The notes: generated by a model not told the origin, from the sequence alone. A DNA stretch of 12,393 bases from Candidatus Heimdallarchaeota archaeon (GCA_030668825.1 DAOVET010000079.1:1-12393), one strand, 5' to 3'; shown: positions 1 to 8,233, numbered from the stretch's first letter. Numbers and translations: made by a program.

Positions 1-1
1 A

Positions 2-538
2 GGATTGGTCATCTTGGCAACTCATCGATGCTTAGCTAAGGTCTCCGTAACTGAAGAAAAAATGAATGAACTCAAGATGTTCTTTGACATGAATGAAATT
101 ATGAAACCTGAAATCCCTAAATTTCTTGAAGAGAATAAGGATAAACATGCTTTTGTTATGTATCAGGAGAGTAGAGCTATTTCCTTGATTATGAAAGACA
201 TTTCTGCAATCAATAGATATGTCAGCGATGTAAGTGAGGAATATAAAAAACTAGATGTAGTCATTTTGAGAGATATGATATTCCATGGAATCATGGGTCT
301 TGAAGAACTTCACATCGATGATGACATTTTCTATGAAAGATGGTGGAATGAAGTTGTTGAAGAGGTGGATAAAGGTACTTACAAAGTAGCTTTTATTCTT
401 AATCCAACTAGTGCTGATGAAGTACTAAAAGTTTCTAAGAACCATGAAAGAATGCCTCAAAAAGCCACAGACTTCTATCCTAAGATGATAAGCGGTTTTA
501 CAATGTTAAGTTTAGAAGAAGGAGAAAAAATACTTTAA
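2..538 (+). CDS. DUF1015 family protein, C-terminal part (5'-truncated by window edge)
   Basis: The frame is open from the window start. GLVILATHR resembles the DUF1015 'GLxILPTHR' motif, and the C-terminal AFILNPTS...ERMPQKATDFYPKMISG matches the typical 'MPQKSTYFYPK.SG' ending. The TTG at 5 is not a real start. Confidence 0.85.
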   Translation, partial: GLVILATHRCLAKVSVTEEKMNELKMFFDMNEIMKPEIPKFLEENKDKHAFVMYQESRAISLIMKDISAINRYVSDVSEEYKKLDVVILRDMIFHGIMGLEELHIDDDIFYERWWNEVVEEVDKGTYKVAFILNPTSADEVLKVSKNHERMPQKATDFYPKMISGFTMLSLEEGEKIL

Positions 539-563
539 ATCCTTCTCCATATCAATCTTTTAT

Positions 564-806
564 CTATCTTCCCCTTTCTGCTTCAATAAGACCAACAATT
601 TCTCCAACGGTGCTAAATTCCTTGAAAACTTTTTTAGGTAACCTAATGTCGAATTCATCTTCGATTCTTTTACCAAGTTCTTTTAGATCATTTTTACTGA
701 GTTTTAAGTCATCTTGAAAGTAAGTATTTGTTGTAACAACATGACTTTGAACATCTGCCACTTCAGCGATTAATAGTCTTAAGCGTGTTAATACTCTTGA
801 ATACAT
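564..806 (-). CDS. Acyl carrier protein-like protein with a non-canonical attachment site
   Basis: Aligns without gaps to E. coli-type AcpP (VTTNTYFQDDL..ELGKRIEDEFDIRLP..FSTVGEIVGLI vs VTNNASFVEDL..ELVMALEEEFDTEIP..ITTVQAAIDYI). The minus strand reads TAA-GAGGA-ATG-AAA-ATG, so the SD-like GAGGA is best spaced for the ATG at 806. The alternative start is 812. Confidence 0.8.
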   Translation of the reverse strand: MYSRVLTRLRLLIAEVADVQSHVVTTNTYFQDDLKLSKNDLKELGKRIEDEFDIRLPKKVFKEFSTVGEIVGLIEAERGR

Positions 807-817
807 TTTCATTCCTC

Positions 818-1750
818 TTACATTACTTTATCATAGAACATCTTAAGCGGATCCTCAATGGTATCAGATTTTCTTATAGCAATTACCATCTTATTAATCC
901 CCAGATCTTCATATTCTTTTATTTTCTCTTTGATATCTTCAGGATATCCTATAAATTGATTTTTCAACACTTCTTCGCGGGATGGTTTTGCATCTTCTTT
1001 TGCCCTATCAATAATGGCAGTTACAAGATTGTCAATTTCTTCTTGACTGCTAACTAGGTCTATTCCACCGAAGTATGAGATTTCAAATTCTTCATGAGTT
1101 CTGTTAAATTTCTCTAAGTGTTTGTGAATATTTTTAATTGTCTTAGGTAAATCATCCTTTTTAACATATGGTAGATTTATTCCATCTGCTTCCCTACAAG
1201 CGATTTCAGTCATTCTTTTACCAGTAGTACCTAAAACAATCTGTGGATGAGGTTTTTGGATTGGTTTGGGATAGTTTCTATTATTTTCTAATTTCCAGAA
1301 ATTTCCTTCAAAATTTGTAGAATCTTCAGTGAACAATTTTTTATAGATAGCTAAGGATTCTTCCAACTCATCAACTCTTTGTTTTCCATTTGGAAAGGGA
1401 TATCCATATGCTTTGTATTCTTCTTCATACCAACCAGCCCCTAACCATAGAAGAGCTCTTCCATTTGAAATATGATCTAGTGTACTAACCATCTTTGCTA
1501 GATATGCTGGATTTCGGAAGGAATTACAAAGAACAATATGACCCAATTTTATTTTTTTAGTTTCAATTGCTAAAGAGCTCATTAACATTAGAGCTTCTAA
1601 ATAAGATTCTTTTTTCTCTTGCTTTTCATCAAAACCAATTAAGTGATCGTTAACATGAGCAGATTCAAAACCAAATTCCTCTGCTCGAATAGTCAAATCC
1701 CTTATCTCAGGATACGTGTGAACTGTTCGAACATAGTAACCAAACTTCAT
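818..1750 (-). CDS. LLM class flavin/F420-dependent oxidoreductase (luciferase-like TIM barrel)
   Basis: Motifs AEEFGFESAHVNDHL, FRNPAYLAKMVSTLDHISNGR, GAGWYEEEYKAYG, PKPIQKPHPQI and ADGIN are characteristic of the family. Confidence 0.93.
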   Translation of the reverse strand: MKFGYYVRTVHTYPEIRDLTIRAEEFGFESAHVNDHLIGFDEKQEKKESYLEALMLMSSLAIETKKIKLGHIVLCNSFRNPAYLAKMVSTLDHISNGRALLWLGAGWYEEEYKAYGYPFPNGKQRVDELEESLAIYKKLFTEDSTNFEGNFWKLENNRNYPKPIQKPHPQIVLGTTGKRMTEIACREADGINLPYVKKDDLPKTIKNIHKHLEKFNRTHEEFEISYFGGIDLVSSQEEIDNLVTAIIDRAKEDAKPSREEVLKNQFIGYPEDIKEKIKEYEDLGINKMVIAIRKSDTIEDPLKMFYDKVM

Positions 1751-2012
1751 GAATATTCCTAATATTTAGAATATTTAACATTTACTTGTGTTGTGATTTC
1801 TTCGAAAATATGCTTCATTTATTTTAAGAATCTACAAAAAGGAAACGATAAATTCTGTTCGAACATACTATTTTTATAGTTGAATAAATCGGATGTATTC
1901 CAGCAATAAAATCTCTAACTACCTATTTTCAAGCTCACTTTGGCTGTCCGCTTGTTAATATTAGAAACAGATTTTTGTGCTATCAAAAATAACAAGTTTG
2001 AAGTGAAAAAAA

Positions 2013-2426
2013 TTGAGTGAAGAAATCAAATTCATAAAAATAAGCGAACTGTCTCCAAATATCAGAGATATAAATCTTGTCGCAAAAGTAGTAGAATTAG
2101 GTGAAGTTCGTGAAGTAACCAGTAGAAATTCTGGGGAACAACATCAAGTCATGGATATTCTCATTGGTGATGATTCAGGCGTTGTTTATTTCTCTGCTTG
2201 GAATGAACAAATTGAAACAATCAAAAATGAAGAAACATACCAGTTTCGATCAGCAAAAACCATTCTTTTCCAAAAAAATATCCGATTATCCTTAGGGAGA
2301 CAAGGTACTATTGAAGATTCAGAAGAAAAAATTGAAGCTGTAGAAGAAACTAATAATTTATCTGCTGAAGAACATGATATTCCACGAAGATGGGATACGC
2401 CACAAAGTGGGAACAGAAGATATTAA
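2013..2426 (+). CDS. ssb: Single-stranded DNA-binding protein (single OB-fold, archaeal SSB/RPA-like)
   Basis: KISELSP..INLVAKVVELGEVREV..V.DILIGDDSGVVYFSAWNEQ..LSLGRQGTIE is a typical archaeal SSB/RPA OB-fold, followed by a flexible charged tail. The TTG start is preceded by SD-like GAAGTGA. Confidence 0.88.
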   Translation: MSEEIKFIKISELSPNIRDINLVAKVVELGEVREVTSRNSGEQHQVMDILIGDDSGVVYFSAWNEQIETIKNEETYQFRSAKTILFQKNIRLSLGRQGTIEDSEEKIEAVEETNNLSAEEHDIPRRWDTPQSGNRRY

Positions 2427-2445
2427 CGATAAAGAAATCAAACAA

Positions 2446-2476
2446 TTCTTTCTTTATTTATTTTTCAAATTTTTTT
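2446..2476 (+). terminator. Archaeal-type oligo-T terminator after ssb
   Basis: T-rich run (ttctttctttatttatttttcaaattttttt) about 20 nt after the stop codon, with no hairpin. Confidence 0.5.
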
Positions 2477-2565
2477 AACAAATATAATAATATGTAAGTG
2501 CTTCAACTAGATTTGAAGTTTCATAAATTGCCATTATTGTTTATCTGTTCTTCAATAAGTTTAAA

Positions 2566-4221
2566 ATGATTCGTCAGTCTTTTAGAATGAAATTCATGGT
2601 TGATTTAAGAGAGAAAGAGATGAAAGCAACTTCCTATCTAGGAGATTTGAAAAGCAAAATAACTTCAAACTTGATAGTTACAGTCATTATCTCAATTCTT
2701 ATCTTAGTTTCAGCAATTCTTGTGAAGTTAGAGATGTCTGAATGGATATTTAGCAATATTGGATCAGCTTTTACTCATACCTTGGGTGAACCAATAAATG
2801 GAACAGTTTATTGGTATTTTGAAACCTATAGTGATGCAGATTACTACTATGAAGCCTATTTAGATGCTTTCCGAGGTGGGTGGAACCCATATAAAAGATA
2901 CTCAGACAGGCTTGATTTTTATGTATATGGACCTATTTTTATCTATGGTTTGTATTTTACATCTCTTTTGGTGCAGTTATTCAACCCAAGTATGACTTCA
3001 ACTATTTTGATGGAGGAATCAGTTAAATGGACAGCAATCAATTTTGATGCTTTATCAGCTGTTATGGTTTATCTTATAATTGTAAATTTCAGTTTTACAA
3101 AGGATAGAAAAATCTACAAACATGTGCTTGGATTAATAGGTACGTTTGCTTTTATTTTCATGCCTTTCAATTTATTTTATGTTGACACTTATTATCTTAA
3201 TATACCACAGATGACGTTTTTCACATTAATTGGATTTCTGCTAGTTATGAAGAAGAAATACAAGTTATCGGCATATTCTCTTACTTTAGCTTGGTTAACC
3301 AAACAAATGCCCTTATTCTTGATTATCCCAATATTCTCAATGATATGGAAGGAACATGATTTGAAAACAGCTGTTAAAAGATTTCTACGACCATTCTTAT
3401 TATCTACTCTTCTCTTCTCTATACCGTGGATATTCATAACTCCTCTCCTATACATAGGAAGAATACTTGCAGCTGGAAGACCTCTTTGGTATGCAACTTT
3501 GGACTCAATAGGTAATGCACATGGTACAACACTTGCACATTCTATTTTATACGGGGGCTCAGAATCTTTGGCACAATTTTATGTGTGGATTAATATACCA
3601 ATGATTCCGTTTATCCTGTTCTATGGTTTTTCTCTTTTCATAGGTCATTTTAATGGAAAAAAACTAGCTAACGATGATAAGATGTTTACTATTTATATTA
3701 CCTGGGTAATCATGATTACTCATACTTTTATTTCACGGGGTTTATTCAAATATTATGACGCATTCTTTACGCCATTCTTTATACTTTCAGCGATAGTATT
3801 ATCGAATACATTAATCGAAAAACTAAGAGATTATTTCAGAAAGAGAAAAAACAAAGACATCACAACAAAAGTAGAAGAAAGCACCTCAAGAAAAAATGGC
3901 CATATAGGAAAGGGTGTATCAGAAATTCTTTGTATTCTGATTCTTACTCTTGGTATATACTATTATAGTTGGATTATTATGATAAAAATACGATTTCTGC
4001 ATCCACTTTTCCTGCTGCTCCTAACAATGTTCATATCACTTTTTATCCCATGGAGATATTATAAAGAAATAGGCAAAAAAACAAACTACAAGCAACTGAA
4101 GCAAGATTTCAAGGATTTCTTTAAATATGTGAAGCAAAGTACAATTAATTCCTATAGAATTATAAAAAATATAATTATTAGATTCTTTAAGAAGCTAAAA
4201 TCTATTTTTAAGAAAAAATAG
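2566..4221 (+). CDS. Multi-pass membrane GT-C fold glycosyltransferase (GT87/PIG-M-like)
   Basis: About 10-12 hydrophobic segments. The first extracytoplasmic loop has YSDADYY..GWNPY..YVYGP (DxD, NPY, YxP), and KQMP follows a TM helix. The true start could be the ATG at 2587, 2596 or 2620. Confidence 0.7.
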   Translation: MIRQSFRMKFMVDLREKEMKATSYLGDLKSKITSNLIVTVIISILILVSAILVKLEMSEWIFSNIGSAFTHTLGEPINGTVYWYFETYSDADYYYEAYLDAFRGGWNPYKRYSDRLDFYVYGPIFIYGLYFTSLLVQLFNPSMTSTILMEESVKWTAINFDALSAVMVYLIIVNFSFTKDRKIYKHVLGLIGTFAFIFMPFNLFYVDTYYLNIPQMTFFTLIGFLLVMKKKYKLSAYSLTLAWLTKQMPLFLIIPIFSMIWKEHDLKTAVKRFLRPFLLSTLLFSIPWIFITPLLYIGRILAAGRPLWYATLDSIGNAHGTTLAHSILYGGSESLAQFYVWINIPMIPFILFYGFSLFIGHFNGKKLANDDKMFTIYITWVIMITHTFISRGLFKYYDAFFTPFFILSAIVLSNTLIEKLRDYFRKRKNKDITTKVEESTSRKNGHIGKGVSEILCILILTLGIYYYSWIIMIKIRFLHPLFLLLLTMFISLFIPWRYYKEIGKKTNYKQLKQDFKDFFKYVKQSTINSYRIIKNIIIRFFKKLKSIFKKK

Positions 4222-4468
4222 AAGAGTAAGATAAAAGCTGTAATACTTCTATGATTTAACAAGAAATTTATTTGAGGGTAAAAAATAGCTAGAAAAGATT
4301 ATTTGAAGATTAATTATTCTTCGTATTATTCAATTATTAATTGAAGAAATATAATCGACAAAAAGCGTAAAATGGAAAGGTAGTTGTTTTCCGACAAAAA
4401 TCATTAGGTTTTCCATAACACGAAAGTATTACATCATGTTATAAGAAGAACCCACCTTTTTGGAAACT

Positions 4469-5218
4469 ATGCATGTTAATGTAGTTACTTATGTTAGGGT
4501 TAGTACTTCAGATCAAGAATCTGGTAGAGACACACAGTACGACGTAATAGATAAGAAAATCAACACTGTTGGATATAGACATGTTCTTGAGTCATTCATA
4601 GATGAGGATGTTTCTGGGGACAGTCATGTTCAAGAAAGACCTGGTTTTAAGAAGATGTTGGAATTTATCCAAATGCATAATTCGCAGAGACCTGAAGATC
4701 CCGTCAAAGAAGTTTGGGTACAAACACGTGACAGGATTTCTAGAGAAGTAGATATGTTAGGATATGCTTCTGTGCTCTTACGAAGCAAAGGAGTAGAAAT
4801 TCGAGCAACTGAAGAATCTGATGAAATGCTTGTAACAAGAATTTACGATCTTCTAGGAGAGGAAGAGCTCAAAAAATATAGACAGAAAAGAATGTATGGA
4901 ATCAAGAGAAGAATCCAAGATGAAAAAATCATGTCTCGTCCGCCTATAGGTTACAAAATTGAATCTGGCAAGCTACTAATTGACGAAGAAATGCGCCCCA
5001 AACTGGTTGAGATTTTCCAGATGTTTGAAGACAATGTAACTATGTCTACTATAAGCAATAAATATGATATTCCTCGAAGTACTTTAGCTTATTTAAGAAA
5101 AAATCCTATTTATCGAACTGGTGAATACTTCTGGAAAGGGAGAGTTGTTTATCAAGTTGAACCTATAATAAAAGAAGGAGACGTTGAAGTCAGAGATGAA
5201 GACGACTTCTATAGTTAA
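4469..5218 (+). CDS. Serine recombinase (resolvase catalytic domain plus short recombinase DNA-binding domain)
   Basis: YVRVSTSDQ (catalytic Ser), DEDVSG...RPGFKKML, RDRISR, then PPIGY and KNPIYRTG..EPII of the recombinase domain. The ATG at 4469 is preferred over the TTG at 4460. Confidence 0.9.
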   Translation: MHVNVVTYVRVSTSDQESGRDTQYDVIDKKINTVGYRHVLESFIDEDVSGDSHVQERPGFKKMLEFIQMHNSQRPEDPVKEVWVQTRDRISREVDMLGYASVLLRSKGVEIRATEESDEMLVTRIYDLLGEEELKKYRQKRMYGIKRRIQDEKIMSRPPIGYKIESGKLLIDEEMRPKLVEIFQMFEDNVTMSTISNKYDIPRSTLAYLRKNPIYRTGEYFWKGRVVYQVEPIIKEGDVEVRDEDDFYS

Positions 5219-5220
5219 TC

Positions 5221-5263
5221 TTACTTTTTACTTTTTTTCTTCTATTTTTTATTTTCCATTTTT
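5221..5263 (+). terminator. Oligo-T terminator after the recombinase gene
   Basis: Several T5-T7 runs immediately after the stop codon. Confidence 0.55.
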
Positions 5264-5318
5264 CTAAAATCTCGGAACTCTTTTAAGTAATTGCACAATT
5301 GTTCTAGTTGAAAATAGC

Positions 5319-6545
5319 ATGAAGAGTAGTTTGAGAAAGTGTGCTCTTATCTTCTTCTCATGTATTTTATTCATTTCGATGTCTTACTCTGTCAAATCAG
5401 AAGATTCAGAATTTCCTTATGAATTATTAGAATTTTCAGATTCAAGTGTTCTTATTTCTATCACAAGTGATCAAGGGTTTATTGATTATGGATTCTCAGG
5501 TTCAGGAACTGCTTTAGATCCATATCTAATTGAAAACTATGTAATTGACTCATTTGATTATGGTGCAGGGATACATGTTGAGGATACTACAAAACACTTT
5601 GTTATTAGAAATTGTTCAATTAAAGCACTATGGGTTTGTATCTTTATCCGTGATGTATCTGATTATACTGCAACTATAACAAATAATACTTGTTATACAA
5701 CTTATACAAATCAATTAAGTAATAGAGGTATAGATATAAGAAGAACTAATGGTGCTATAATAACAAACAATATTTGTAAATACGAGAACTATAATTATTT
5801 CGATGAATATGGAGATTTTGGTATTTATTTGGCATATACCAATAATATGTTAGTTGATAATAATATCTGTTTGAATCAAAGTGCTAGTGGAATTTTTGGA
5901 GGGGGTGAAAATAACACTTTTACTAACAACTTATGTTCTTTCAATTTCTGGGGTTTAATGGTTGGAGGAAGAAATACTATCATAAAAAATAATATCATTA
6001 CTAACAATATCGAAGGATTAGATACAGGCGGTGCTGAAGTAGAGATAGATAACAATACAATTGGATTCAATGAAAGAGATGGAATAATGACATATGGTTT
6101 AGTAGATTCAGAAATTACAAACAATGTAATTGAATTCAATGGGTGGTATGGAATCAGATCTTGGGATACGCACAGAAGTAAATTTACCTACAATCTAATT
6201 AGAAACAATACAAAATATGGGGTTGCATTAGATGTTGACTCGAGATTCAATACTGTTCATCACAACTACTTCATTCATAATCATATAGATGGAACATCAC
6301 AAGCTTGCGATTCAGGAAGAGATAACTCCTGGCATGATACTGAAACAAAAAAAGGCAATTACTGGTCTGATTGGGATCAAAATAGTACATATCATATCAA
6401 TGGAAAAGCAGAAAACAATGACCTTTATCCCCTGAATGAGAATCTAGAAAGAACTTCTACTACAAAATTATATTATCCAGTGACAATGATTTTCTTGTTG
6501 GTAATCTTACTACATTTAAATAGACGAAAAAAAATTAGGTTTTAA
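5319..6545 (+). CDS. Secreted right-handed parallel beta-helix (NosD/CASH-like) protein with C-terminal membrane anchor
   Basis: N-terminal signal peptide, an ISITSD..GFSGSGTALDPYLIENY cap, repeated IxNNxC/IxNNxI coils and GNYWSDW..DLYPL. The tail is Thr-rich, then hydrophobic, then RRKK. Confidence 0.85.
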   Translation: MKSSLRKCALIFFSCILFISMSYSVKSEDSEFPYELLEFSDSSVLISITSDQGFIDYGFSGSGTALDPYLIENYVIDSFDYGAGIHVEDTTKHFVIRNCSIKALWVCIFIRDVSDYTATITNNTCYTTYTNQLSNRGIDIRRTNGAIITNNICKYENYNYFDEYGDFGIYLAYTNNMLVDNNICLNQSASGIFGGGENNTFTNNLCSFNFWGLMVGGRNTIIKNNIITNNIEGLDTGGAEVEIDNNTIGFNERDGIMTYGLVDSEITNNVIEFNGWYGIRSWDTHRSKFTYNLIRNNTKYGVALDVDSRFNTVHHNYFIHNHIDGTSQACDSGRDNSWHDTETKKGNYWSDWDQNSTYHINGKAENNDLYPLNENLERTSTTKLYYPVTMIFLLVILLHLNRRKKIRF

Positions 6546-6569
6546 TCTTAGAGTTATCTCTCTAGCTTA

Positions 6570-7001
6570 CTAAATAAAATATCTCCCTGTAAATCTTTCA
6601 TATTCACCTGGTAGTTTACCTATTTCTTGCAGATGAAGTAACCAAGCATGAGCTTCTGTTTCAACTTGAGGTTCCATTGCAGATCTATCGCCTCCACCTG
6701 TTCCCATTTGCATCTGGAATGGCCCCCAAGGACCTATCCCCTGCATGAAACTTGCTTCAGCTAAAACAACCGCTGCAAGATCTTTTAGATAAATTTCATC
6801 AGTTACGTTGACTAAACAGCGAGTAAAAGCTCTAACTAGCCAAGTAACATAATCGTTAATCCAATTGCCCATCATCCTTTTGGCCATATTCATAGCTATT
6901 TTTCCCATTGGAAAATTAGTTTTATAGTTGTCAAGATCAAATCTGCTTAAAGCAAAAGGAATGAGTATTTTTTCTAACTCTTCAACTTCGTGTTCACTCA
7001 T
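6570..7001 (-). CDS. Hypothetical protein
   Basis: 143-aa ORF filling the intergenic space, with protein-like composition and its own TATATAAA box 23 nt upstream. No family recognised. Confidence 0.75.
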   Translation of the reverse strand: MSEHEVEELEKILIPFALSRFDLDNYKTNFPMGKIAMNMAKRMMGNWINDYVTWLVRAFTRCLVNVTDEIYLKDLAAVVLAEASFMQGIGPWGPFQMQMGTGGGDRSAMEPQVETEAHAWLLHLQEIGKLPGEYERFTGRYFI

Positions 7002-7024
7002 GAAATAAAATAAGTATTTTACTA

Positions 7025-7032
7025 TTTATATA
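7025..7032 (-). promoter_or_regulatory. TATA box for the hypothetical gene (leaderless)
   Basis: TATATAAA on the minus strand, 23 nt before the ATG at 7001. Confidence 0.55.
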
Positions 7033-7045
7033 TTATTCCACTCAT

Positions 7046-8233
7046 TTAAAACCACAGCATGAATGAGCATGGCATTACTGGGAACAAATCTTTATGTTTC
7101 CATTCTTCAGGAATTTTTTTTCCAGTATGCTCTAGAAGATGTTCAACTTTAGAATAACCAATAAGAATTTGAGAAAGCTGATTAATTGATAGTTCTAGAA
7201 TTTTCTCCTTGGCAATATTTTGACCTTCGTTTTTTGATACTAAACATTTACCATCTTTTATTTGTAAATTCCAAATACCACTATTTTCTGGAAGAACATT
7301 GTCCTCGACTTGAAAATACAGTTTTTCATTCAATACAGAGTGATAGTCTAGTTGTTCGAAAGACTTCTTAATATCTAAAATTCTAAACATTGCTGGCCAT
7401 TGACTAAATTTGTGAGTGTCCTTTACACCATCTAAATAACCTTCAATTTCTTCTTGAACTGGGAGAGTTAAAGATATTTGATTTATGTCTGCTTCAAAAT
7501 TTCTTAAGAAAGCAAAAAGATTATGCTTTGCATCTATGTCTACATAAGCAAAATCCATTATTTGCATGTTGTGTTCCCATTCTTTTGCTTTTCTGAATTT
7601 CAAGGAAATATAAGCAATAGGTTTTTCGTCTCGCTCCATGAGATATATTTTGAAATAACCTTGTAGTTCTCCTCTGAGTAACCAAGCATCAACATCTCCT
7701 ATGACTCTTGTATATTTATTTAATGCATTTTTAGCTACTTGAATCAGAGGAGCGAAATCCTTCTTACCAGTTACTTCACTTATTTTGATATTATCTTCAA
7801 GCTTAAAGCTAGATTTTATATCACTTGGTTTGAAATTGTAATGGATAGCTTTTTCAGCATTTTCAAATCCAAATTTCTGATAGAAACCATGATCAAAAGG
7901 CCAAAGAGCTGCAACTGGATAACCTTGATTCTTCTTATCTATAATCAGTTTATTCATTAAATCCTTAACATAACCTTTTCTTCTTTGTACTGGGTTAGTC
8001 ATAACATAAGCAATTCCAGCACAGTCAAACAACATTTCTCTAATGAACATTTGAAATTTATATGAACCAGCAGCTGCCAGAAGAGTATTTTCTTCAAAAG
8101 CTCCTAACATTTTCAACTCTTGAATACCTGCAAAGAATTTTTCCATTTCTTTAGCTGGTTCATGGAAGCATAATACAGCTAACTTGACAGCTTGGTCTAT
8201 ATCTTCTGAATCTTTGAACTCTCTAATCATCAT
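7046..8233 (-). CDS. Eis-like GNAT N-acetyltransferase (tandem GNAT plus C-terminal SCP2-like domain)
   Basis: GIAYVMTNPVQRRKGY (acetyl-CoA motif A), AALWPFDHGFYQKFGFE, MFRILD, VEDNVLPENSG and LSQILIGY, at about 395 aa as in the Eis family. Confidence 0.88.
   Translation of the reverse strand: MMIREFKDSEDIDQAVKLAVLCFHEPAKEMEKFFAGIQELKMLGAFEENTLLAAAGSYKFQMFIREMLFDCAGIAYVMTNPVQRRKGYVKDLMNKLIIDKKNQGYPVAALWPFDHGFYQKFGFENAEKAIHYNFKPSDIKSSFKLEDNIKISEVTGKKDFAPLIQVAKNALNKYTRVIGDVDAWLLRGELQGYFKIYLMERDEKPIAYISLKFRKAKEWEHNMQIMDFAYVDIDAKHNLFAFLRNFEADINQISLTLPVQEEIEGYLDGVKDTHKFSQWPAMFRILDIKKSFEQLDYHSVLNEKLYFQVEDNVLPENSGIWNLQIKDGKCLVSKNEGQNIAKEKILELSINQLSQILIGYSKVEHLLEHTGKKIPEEWKHKDLFPVMPCSFMLWF

Noticed and set aside
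785-1057. 90-aa plus-strand ORF
   Set aside because: Antisense shadow of the LLM and ACP genes with F/I-rich composition and no motifs.
564-1750. PKS/NRPS biosynthetic cluster
   Set aside because: No ketosynthase, adenylation, condensation or PPTase genes in the window.
3192-3455. 87-aa minus-strand ORF
   Set aside because: Lies entirely antisense within the GT-C gene.
5876-6139. 87-aa minus-strand ORF
   Set aside because: Its hydrophobicity is an artefact of reading Asn/Ile-rich beta-helix codons in antisense.
4222-6545. Prophage, IS607 or integrative element around the recombinase
   Set aside because: No structural, replication or tnpB genes, and no flanking att repeats or target-site duplication were seen.
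5319-6545. nosD of nitrous oxide reduction
   Set aside because: Only the generic beta-helix fold is shared, and there are no nosZ/F/Y neighbours.
7186-7960. Two short plus-strand ORFs (7186-7371 and 7739-7960)
   Set aside because: Antisense shadows of the Eis-like gene.
7046-8233. Aminoglycoside resistance gene (eis)
   Set aside because: Family-level similarity only; the substrate cannot be inferred from the sequence.
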